Shown piece after piece: positions 43,634-52,309 of a stretch of 52,309 nt of DNA. The number at the start of each line of letters is the position of its first letter. Within the stretch, counting starts at the first letter, position 1. Both the position numbers and the translations under genes were made by a program. Source of the stretch: Hydrurus foetidus (Eukaryota); contig UYFQ01000678.1 in assembly GCA_900617105.1 (NCBI GenBank), positions 1 through 52,309 of the forward strand, in the 5' to 3' direction. The notes beneath the pieces are model-generated. The model did not search any database and was not told the DNA's origin. It worked only from the letters and a program-made list of their open reading frames with translations.

Positions 43634-45334
43634 ATGATACCTGTGCTGCAGTATCTTATACTGCTTCATTGCATCGGTATCTGCCACAGCTCACTAGGTC
43701 CCTTTTGCGAATCAAATGTCACTGAGTTGAGGGGCGGCTCACCTGGCCCAAATATCTTTCCGTTGGATACTCCCTCATCAACATTAAAGCTCTGGCCATG
43801 GGATGCTGTGCACAACATTGAAAAGGGCACTGTCGAGGTTACGGTCATTCAGAGAAGAGCATGCAGATTTAATCAAACCAAATGGCACCTGCTGGTTGAT
43901 CAATTCCCTCAATTTTCGAAACTTCTTGCACATGGAAAGGAAGAAAATATACTCGCTGACTCAAATGAGACCAATCTGGCGAAGCTTGAGGTAGTAATAT
44001 GCAGATTCTATGTGAATGGTATTAGCACTCCGGTTGCTCAGACGAAAGCCGAGCCAGTACTTGGCGTCTATCATTTCTTACGAGGTGGAACTACTCAAAT
44101 TGTTTGTCCTATCCCTCAAATGAATTATGACACTATGAGATTAGTAAGGCTAGGAAGGATTGCGGACGGAATCAAATCTGAGTACAGCTCGTTAACGTCC
44201 AACCACGAAAAAGTGAAGGTGGCCTCTGATGCATTCCCAGTGTGTCGACCGGCGTCTCTAAGGAAAGGCTTGACCGAGATTGAGTTCGAGGAAAGAAAAA
44301 AAGGTCGACTGTCAGTATGCACCGCTACTGGTAGGAGTGATCGCGCACATCTTGTTGAGTGGATCGAGTACCACAGACTCATCGGCGTTGATCACTTCTA
44401 CATATATGACACCTCCAAGCAACAAAATGGGCGTGGCATGCTGACTCTTCTCGCAGATTATGTGTCTGAGGGCGTCATCACAATTGTTCCGTGGGCGTAT
44501 GATAATTGTGTTAGGGGTATGGCAAGTGGGCGATTTCTCATGTGGGACGATCCTGAAAGTGGGTACAGCATTTTCCATCCACCGAAAGCCATCGCACAGT
44601 CGGCCGCTCTGGCCAGCTGCTACTCGAGATACAGGAGCCACACGGAGTATATGATGCACATTGATGACGACGAGTTCATCGCTATGGGGCCATCTGTAAT
44701 GGCCGAGGGCTTCGGACACAACCGGTCACAGTTGACGAATAATGGCCAGATTTATCGTCCCCTCGCTGAATTTGTGGATAAAGTCTTGACAAGCAAACCT
44801 GACGCGCCCGCACTAGCATTCCCACCGCTTCGGAAGCATGAGTGTCCAACGCTCGACGGCGGTATCAGTAAAGCAAGAGTGTCCTCGGGACTACCGCGCA
44901 TAGGAGAGTGGGTGTATGGACGTAAGAGGAAGCCCATCGAGGTCAAACTGGTCATGAGAACGTCTGCCGTCATCAATTTCTACGTCCATTACGTATCTCA
45001 AGTCGAAAAAGCATTTCTGGGCAGCGATGTATTGCTCCTAAGCCCGACAGATGTTGCTGTACTGCACTACAAGGAGCCTGAAGAAATGGCGGGTGATTTG
45101 TATGGAGTAACAAAATTAAACGAATTCGAGCTAGGAGCTACGAATCATTTTTGCAAGGAAATGCAGACATTTGGAGGTTTGAGAGAAGATATTGAGGGAG
45201 GTTATTTCCCTGCCGTTGGAAAGGCAGCTACACCTTTTTTACATAACCTAAATTACACGAATATTATTCAAAATATTAGTCCCGCAATCCAGTCAATGCT
45301 CCTCCAGAATTTTCAAGAGAGAATGAGGCTTTGA
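43634..45334 (+). CDS. Secreted or membrane-anchored glycosyltransferase, GT92/DUF23-like
   Basis: Hydrophobic N-terminus; LVEWIEYHRLIGVDHFYIYD, Q..AL..C, HIDDDEFI (DxD) and VLHY motifs; single 566-aa ORF. Confidence 0.85.
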   Translation: MIPVLQYLILLHCIGICHSSLGPFCESNVTELRGGSPGPNIFPLDTPSSTLKLWPWDAVHNIEKGTVEVTVIQRRACRFNQTKWHLLVDQFPQFSKLLAHGKEENILADSNETNLAKLEVVICRFYVNGISTPVAQTKAEPVLGVYHFLRGGTTQIVCPIPQMNYDTMRLVRLGRIADGIKSEYSSLTSNHEKVKVASDAFPVCRPASLRKGLTEIEFEERKKGRLSVCTATGRSDRAHLVEWIEYHRLIGVDHFYIYDTSKQQNGRGMLTLLADYVSEGVITIVPWAYDNCVRGMASGRFLMWDDPESGYSIFHPPKAIAQSAALASCYSRYRSHTEYMMHIDDDEFIAMGPSVMAEGFGHNRSQLTNNGQIYRPLAEFVDKVLTSKPDAPALAFPPLRKHECPTLDGGISKARVSSGLPRIGEWVYGRKRKPIEVKLVMRTSAVINFYVHYVSQVEKAFLGSDVLLLSPTDVAVLHYKEPEEMAGDLYGVTKLNEFELGATNHFCKEMQTFGGLREDIEGGYFPAVGKAATPFLHNLNYTNIIQNISPAIQSMLLQNFQERMRL

Positions 45335-45523
45335 TTGATTTAAACTTAGCCTAGCATACCTTAACATAGTGTAGAATGTAGATGATCTTGAGGCCTTGCG
45401 TTAGTGCATCATGAGGGGCGAACTCGTGAATAATTTTTACTATATCGAGAGTACCAACTTGGAGACCTAGTGTAGAGAAAGGCACCGAGATGTCTCTCCT
45501 GGAATAGTCAGTATAATTTTTAA

Positions 45524-46520
45524 TTTTTTTTTTTTTTTTTTACTTATCATTCACTCTTGTGATACAGCCAGCTAATACTACTGCTGTAAAACCCTCCATG
45601 AATGATCTGCAAGTACACATGGCCCCCCTCGAGCAGTTACATTGATCATAGCAGTCTCTCATATCTTATTTTTGCTCCGCGGAGAAGTCCAAATTTATTC
45701 TCTTTACAAAAGCGGAGATTGGGCCTGTAAAATAAACGTCGTCTATTTAGAAAAGAATGTATCTTGCGCTAATTCTGTAGTAACGTAACAATCATCTGTT
45801 GCGAACATTTCCTCAAACATTAAATCGCTGCTGTTTCATAGGGTATTGTGGCCATCGTCCACCAATCCTTCCTTACTTCTTGTGACACTTCGAAAACAGG
45901 AGTGGGGCAGCAGCTGTCCTGTAGACATAATCGTCACAGCTCTCTGAGACACTGTTTCCTGCCCCCTATAGTCCGCACCGTGTGGGTCAATATCTTCCTA
46001 CCGTCTAGCAGAAAAACATTTTGTTGTAAGTAATAATTCTAACTCCTTTTGACACTTGAAAAAGAAATCCCCCAGGGAATATCGTTCTCCTGCATGGTCA
46101 CAGCATTCCAGTTTGCAGTCTCCAGTTGGACACGGGCAAAACCCTGCTCGAACACAGGAACCTGGACTGGATCTTGGATGGAGACTCCTGCAACAGAAAC
46201 GGGATGCGGTACTAGCTGTCCTATGCCTTCCGCACTATGTATTCTCGGATCCTACGGTAGAGAATCAAGGTAATTTGCCACAGCTGTGTGTCGATGCTGT
46301 CGTACACCGCATTGATCTCCACTACTGTACTGTGCCCGACTAAGAGGAGCTGTCGGAGCTTAGAATTTGCATTAAATTTTCTAACCACCCTCAACATAAT
46401 GCACTTTCCTAAAGTGAATGTCCGCAAGTCGCCGTTAGTAAAACATTTTCAAATCGGAATTGACCAACCTTCCAGCACCGCAGAACAGTTAGAGGATTTG
46501 AGTGCTCATGTTGAAGATAA
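45524..46520 (-). mobile_element. Possible decayed 3' fragment of a non-LTR retrotransposon
   Basis: T18 tract at 45524-45541 (poly-A on minus). Stop-ridden minus-strand coding-like sequence includes a degraded CG..DS.Y.I..C zinc-finger-like trace near 46190-46235. Confidence 0.3.
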
Positions 46521-47044
46521 GTGACCTTGTTGTTGCTATGCTGTGGGTGAAATGATTTTACTAACCACCCAGGGCCTAGTAGATGTACTCGTCACAAAGG
46601 GAACGATTCTCACAGTCTCAAGTGGGGCTCTACAGGGAGATGAAAAAAATTGATTCTGATATAAAAATGGTCTTTCTTTATGAAGTGAAGACACAGCATA
46701 AACACGCAATAACAGGAGTAATTTGGATGCGGTTGTGAGCTGTACTTTAGATTTTGTTGGTGCTAACTAAATCTAGGATTCGATAATAGTTTACGGCATA
46801 CGTAAAATATGAAAGAATTTGTTGTGTAGTGTAGGGGAAAGTATAGTAATCGAAGTAAAGAGTGAAGAAGATCTACGTAAATATAGGCGTAAGAAGAATT
46901 TCAAAGATAAATTAATTTCAGTGTAAGAGGAGTAAAAAAATGTAATTTAAGAATTAAAGTAAGAGGTGGTATTGACTAACCCTGTTGTAGGGTTATTAGC
47001 TTGAGTAGAATATGCCCCTCTCAGCACAGAAACACAAAATGTTC

Positions 47045-49115
47045 AAATTTTACGAACTCGGCCGTTGTAAGTGTCTGCAATGTAGTCATTCCTGATTGCA
47101 TCCACGGCATCACCATACGAATAGTAGAGTCCATCTAATTATCGCTGGATCTTCGTTGCCAATCTTGACATTTAGTGTACCATCGCCCGCCACTGTGCTG
47201 ATAATGCCAGTGCTTTTCGTAACCTTACGAATACGATTGTTGAAGGTATCAGCAATGTACATATTCCCTGATGAATCCACAACGACAGTTTGTGGCCGGT
47301 AAAATTTGGCCGATAACGCAGATTCTCCGTCTCCTGCATAGCCGAACACAGTACCGGCAACAGTAGTCACACGGACCAGTGCTCCTCGTTTTCATGAGGA
47401 TCCGACTATTCGGAGATTCGCAAATATGAGGTTTCCTGATGCGTCCACTTTGACACCGTTAGGCTTAGTGACACCTTTGGCCACAGTGGTGATGATGCCA
47501 GTGGTCACTTCCACCATACGGATACGGTTATTGAGGGTATCAGCAATGTAGATATTGCTCGGCACATCCATTGCAATACCTCGTGGAGAATTAAAAGTTG
47601 CTGATTTCGCTAGACTTCCGTCACCGGTAAAGGATGCCACACTGGTACCGGCCACGGTGTTGATGACGCCAGTGGACTTCTTCACAATACGAATGCAGTG
47701 ATTGTTCGTATCAGCAATGTAGATGTTCCCTCCTGCATCGACAGCTATATTTCTGGGTGCATTCAGTCTAGCTGATGTCGCTGATCCTCCATCCCCACTG
47801 AAACCCGCAACTCCATCTCCACCCACAGTTGTCATGATACCGGTGCTCTTCATCACTACACGAGTGCGCTGATTGTTCGTGTCAGCGATGTAGATATTCC
47901 CCACCGCATCCACACCAACAGTGAAAGGGCGACTCAGTTAAGCTGCCATCGCTGCTCCTCCATCTCCAGTGTAGCCATTCTCTCCGTACTAATCACAGCC
48001 AGATGCTGCGAGTTGTATTACAGATGAAGTTATTCATGCAGTGTGCGACATGTTGTGGCACTCTTTAATGTGGAACGCACCTGGCTTCAAAGACGGCCGC
48101 GCTGTCGGCAATGCTACTGGAAGTGGAGTAGGAGTTGCGCTGGGTTTGGGAGTAGGGTTTGCTGTAGGCGCAGTAGTTGGTGATGCCACCAGTAGTGCAG
48201 TGGGAGTTGCGCTGGGATTGGGAGTAGGCTTTGCTGTAGATTTTTGAGTTGGACTGGAGGTTGCTGTATTCGTTGCATCGCCAAGGGCGACCAATTTCAG
48301 ATGCATTTGTTTGTAGTCCACAGAGCCCTAGCCAGAGGCGGGGTCCCATCCCTTCGTGGCTGTGAAGCCTTGATTACACGATTTACTGGGGCTTCTGCGG
48401 GTCTTAATGTCGTACGCAAAAGAGGACGCATACATGTACAAAGCGGGACTCACCCAGCCGATAGAAGATTTTCCTAGCGCAAGACGAGCAGCATTGAAGT
48501 CGCTGATAAATGCAGCAGTCATGGAGCAGGATGCGGAGGTACCAGCCATACCGTACAAAATGCCTTCTGGATGGTTCGGCGTGATGTGCTGGACTTCCTG
48601 CGAAGGAGATGTCGGGATAGCCTCTGCTGCCCGCGTTTTAGCCTGGAACTGGTGCTATGTTCTCGGCCGCTGCTGCTGTGATGTATGATGCAATCGCTGC
48701 ATCCTGCCAAGATGGTCGCGGGAAGTTTGTTGAGAATCCACCACCGTCAGTGATTGATCCACCCTTATCTGATTGACAGACAGTATCCGATTTGACTTTC
48801 TCCACACCCTGTAGACATAGATCGAAATGGCACTTAAGAATCAAGTCAAGTCGGATTCGTCAGTTTCATGGTCAAACACACCAATGTTGCTCGCACTGAA
48901 AGCACATAAGGATTAGAACCAGGGTATATAGGATTGTAGCCACAGAGACACTGATCGCCACTCGATTTGAAAGTGTTTGCGCCATCGTTACAAGATGCTG
49001 CAACAACGGTGACGCCCATAGCAGCCATTTTCTAGGCCATTACGGTAAACGTCCTCATCTCGCCATCCGAGGAGTATTTTTCTTCAAGTCCATAGCTGAT
49101 ACTTAGTGAGTGGAA
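47045..49115 (-). pseudogene. S53 (sedolisin/TPP1-like) peptidase C-terminal half + P/T/A linker + NHL repeats, disrupted
   Basis: SLSISYG, MGVTVVAAS.NDGA, YP.SNPYVLSV, GGGFS...RPSWQ, AGTSAS and GWDPASG, then a PTA-rich linker and GNIYIADT.N.RIR NHL repeats; many frameshifts and stops. Confidence 0.85.
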
Positions 49116-49291
49116 TATTGACTGTCAGCAGACGTGCTGTTGGATTGGTCTTCGTCCGTTATACTGTTGCTGTTGACGTTGTTGATGATAAATTTTGCGA
49201 TGTTATGGAAGTTAAGACAAGAGTACCACAGATGGCATGTATATAAATAGTTGGAATGAAGCTCTCAAAGTGGTAAGATGATAGAGGAGAG

Positions 49292-49772
49292 TGCCAGGAT
49301 TCGGCGGTAATCTGGTTAAGGAAAGCGGTAAGAAACAGAATCGATTTTAAGTTAACCGATTGAAAGATTGTGATTGTGGAATGGAATCAATGAGGTGAAT
49401 TGAGTGAAGTGGATGCAATTGAGATGGACAATGTGTAGCTGTGCAGAACTGGTCGCGACCAGCTTTTCTGAACTCCTTCAACGAGTAAAAGATCGGGTCG
49501 TCATCGTTCCGTGGGACCGCTCGATTGATCGGTGAGCGTTGTGTTGTATGTTTGCAATGACAATGGGTGCGACCGTAAGTTTAGAAAACCCAGAAACCCA
49601 GATTTGGGCATAGAATTTTGAAAAATCTGGAACGATTTAGAAATCCTACTTCCAGAAGATATAGTGGGGGTCTCCTGATTTCTTGCCTAAATCCCAGAAA
49701 CCCAGAAATTCCAGATCCGAAATCTGGGTTTCTGGGTTTTTTGAATTTACGGTCGCACCCAATACAATGACA
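49292..49772 (-). mobile_element. Solo LTR of a Copia-2-related family, interrupted by a MITE
   Basis: Aligns along the whole Copia-2 LTR (TGCCAGGATTCGGCGGTAAT...ACAATGACA); TSD GAGAG at 49287-49291 and 49773-49777. Confidence 0.9.
49565..49760. mobile_element. PIF/Harbinger-like MITE, 196 bp
   Basis: TIR GGGTGCGACCGTAA extending imperfectly ~40 bp, 3-bp TSD AAT, and internal AACCCAGA repeats. Confidence 0.9.
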
Positions 49773-50147
49773 GAGAGGGTTGGAAAGATGATAGAGGAGA
49801 CCAGAGATGGTTGGTTGGCACCAGTTTTTTTCAAAATTCTTAATTATTTTATCTCGATCGATCCCTCTATTTTCTGCTGCACGCTGAACGACGCTATTAT
49901 ATCTCCAATCGAAGCAAATTAGGCCTCTCATAACAGGGAAATTACGAAGTTGCTCAATACGGGCTCTGCTGCATAGCTTAGACACAATCCAACATGATAG
50001 TCAACATCTAAATCGCGATTGGAACAATCTTGTACCACAAATACGCTACTCAACTCATCCAGAAGCTGCTCTTCAGGACCATCTCCCCAGAGTAGTCGTC
50101 TGCTGAAAAAATCGACATTGAAGTTAACGGTGCGAAAAACAGTCTCC

Positions 50148-50800
50148 ATGTATTTAGAGAAACTTCTCCGAATCTTTCCTTTTCTAGCGGCACTGTCAGA
50201 GGTCACAGATTGCTTTCGATAGATACCCCTGACCTTGTATTCGTTGTCCATCCAAAAAACGTGGTCGAGCTTACACAAATTCTGCATGACGTGTCTGATC
50301 CTACCAGCTCCAATTACGGCAATCATCTAACAAGACAGGAAGTCATCGATCTTACCTCGAATCCGTACTCACATAGCGAAGTTGTCGCGTATCTGAGTGA
50401 TGCGGGTGCGATAGTCGTAGAAGAGCAGCTCTCTGTGGGACTCATTACAGCTCGAGGTGAAATCGGTCTCTGGGAGAGAATGCTTAATACGGAGTTTTAC
50501 TCCTATTCCTTTCGCCGAGGACCTGGTGACAACGATGTGGAAAACAAAACCCATGATGGCAGAAAATTCACGAGGACAGAGGAATATTTCGTGCCCTCAT
50601 GCCTTGATGGCCATGAGCTTCGATACTGAATACGATTGATGCACCAATAGCAAACATGAAAAGAGTGTCACAATCTCCACTGCATGCAGCTGATACCATC
50701 TCGTCTGCCCGATTCTCGAAGACTTCCGCACTTTACGAAGGTTATTTTACTCCTCAGCTGATCGCCAACGCCTACGATATAGACGACAACACTGAACATC
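50148..50800 (+). pseudogene. S53 peptidase N-terminal fragment (signal peptide, pro-kumamolisin activation domain, start of mature domain)
   Basis: LHDVSDPTSSNYGNHLTRQEVIDL, then GYFTPQLIANAYDID; frameshifted and cut off just before the next LTR element. Confidence 0.8.
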
Positions 50801-50828
50801 TGTCAGTCCAGCATATTCATGCATGATC

Positions 50829-52309
50829 TGTTAGCATAGTTTCATCTGTAGATTAGCATTCACATGTCACAAGTAGTGTAGTGCTTCCTCACCCAAAACA
50901 CCGCCATACACTGTTGTGTACATACGCTTATCGTTCTTCTAGCGATATCCCCCTTCGGGGCCATCACCAAGCATCCGGTTTTTCACCACCAAGCATCCGG
51001 ATTTCCACCAGGTATCCGGTTTCCACCAAGCATCCGATTTCATGAGCAGCGAGGGTTCCGCCCATTGCTCGATCGCCAACTTGAATATTCGCTGAATATG
51101 TTTCCACTTCGGCGATCACCATTTCATGCACAATGGATGCTTTGCTTTGCTTCTTTGATGGTTGTCTTCTCTGATATCGTCGCCAGTTGTTTTACTACTT
51201 GATCGTTGTAAGTAAACACGTCTTCCGAGACCACTTCCATCAGCCAGTCTTTCCTTTGCGCTTCCGCAGCCTACAGGTAGCTCGCTTCACTCCAGAGTCT
51301 GACTCACATGGTAGCGATTGCATAGAAAGTTCAGCAATCATCGATATAGTATCAATATATCAACGGTATCTTATCACAACAGATATCTCAAGTCGGCCAT
51401 GATGCTACGATCGTCCGACAACACAGACCAAAACAACGAGGAATACCATGACCCAACTGGGCTAGAGACTCCCAGCCGCGCCCAGCTGCCGCGCATGCTC
51501 TCCATGACCCTTGCAGAGTTCGATGAACGTGTCGCCGAGGCCATAAGAGCCCAAACTCAAAATTTGGTCACCAGCTCGACGGCAAATCGGCAAAATCCCT
51601 CCATACCAAGCCGACCTCGACGAGGCTCCCATGCAGAGGAAGCCACGCCACCGCGCCAAACTTCGGCAGAAGTTTCAGCAACTGGGCTATCATATAATGC
51701 CGCGTTGGAATCCGTTTTGGAGCTCAAACGGCTAAAACGCGATCTCGTTCTGACGACCTCTTCAGAAATGGATAGCATCAAGCAAAACCAGATCTCCACA
51801 ACGACTGTGGGATCTAACAAGCGCTTCAGAGCTCTCGACAACATGCTCCACGTCGTTGGACTCTACCCCATGGCGATGGGCACGCGTCGCGAGCCAATCC
51901 CAACAAGACTTTACCCATCAGGATACTCGGAGCCTACGACGTCGGAGAATCTTGACGGAACATTCAACTATGTCCCTGCCGACGATGTTACACGATGGGC
52001 CCACGACAAGTAACGTTTATATAGCGTCATGTTAAACGCTTTCAGCGAGTCTACCCATTATTTATGTGCCGATGCCTTAACCTCTCGCGATGGGATCGCT
52101 ATATATAAACGCATGCACAAGCACTACTACGGACATACTGAAGCAGACATCAACCCACTTCGGCGGCTTCTACAAAACTTCAAGGGCTCCACGGCTACTT
52201 GTTTTCAAGAGGATTTAGTGAGGTTTACAACGTTGATGACAGAATTCGAGTATGCCCAGGCCAGACCGAGCACCGAGCAGGAGCGCCTTCAATTCCTCCA
52301 CAACGCCTG
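50829..52309 (+). mobile_element. 5' part of a third Copia-like LTR retrotransposon, running off the window
   Basis: TGTTAG start, putative LTR to ~51365 with CACCAAGCATCCGG repeats (50965-51040), then a gag-like frame. Confidence 0.55.
51399..52309 (+). pseudogene. Copia-type Gag (UBN2-like) with an in-frame TAA at 52011-52013
   Basis: The frame continues past the stop to the window end: RLYSVMLNAF...RDGIAIYKRMHKHYYG...FLHNA. Confidence 0.6.

Noticed and set aside
52008..52019. In-frame TAA in the third gag as a readthrough site
   Set aside because: It lies mid-domain and is a TAA without a known leaky context; a nonsense mutation is more likely.

Overview
Eukaryotic nuclear DNA with GT-AG introns; the gene and transposon style suggests a stramenopile or similar protist (inference). 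A nested transposon island of about 23 kb (~3.8-27.1 kb) lies between two divergently oriented protein-kinase genes. The island holds a truncated Gypsy element (5' LTR, PBS, gag-protease, internal tandem duplication) and a decayed tyrosine-recombinase (DIRS/Ngaro-like) remnant followed by B-A-B-A-B repeats. It also holds five MITE-like elements and two young full-length Copia elements with target-site duplications. One Copia has gag and pol in the same frame, separated only by a UGA-CUA readthrough-type stop. To the right are a MAPKKK-like gene, a 17-exon gene predicted to fuse Kelch repeats, coiled coil, an atypical kinase and a HECT E3 ligase (~1699 aa), and an intronless GT92-like glycosyltransferase. 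The window ends in a second decayed zone: a possible LINE remnant, S53 peptidase/NHL pseudogene pieces on opposite strands, a solo LTR interrupted by a MITE, and the start of a third Copia. Some frameshifts may be consensus errors. All calls come from reading motifs by eye; no database searches were run.
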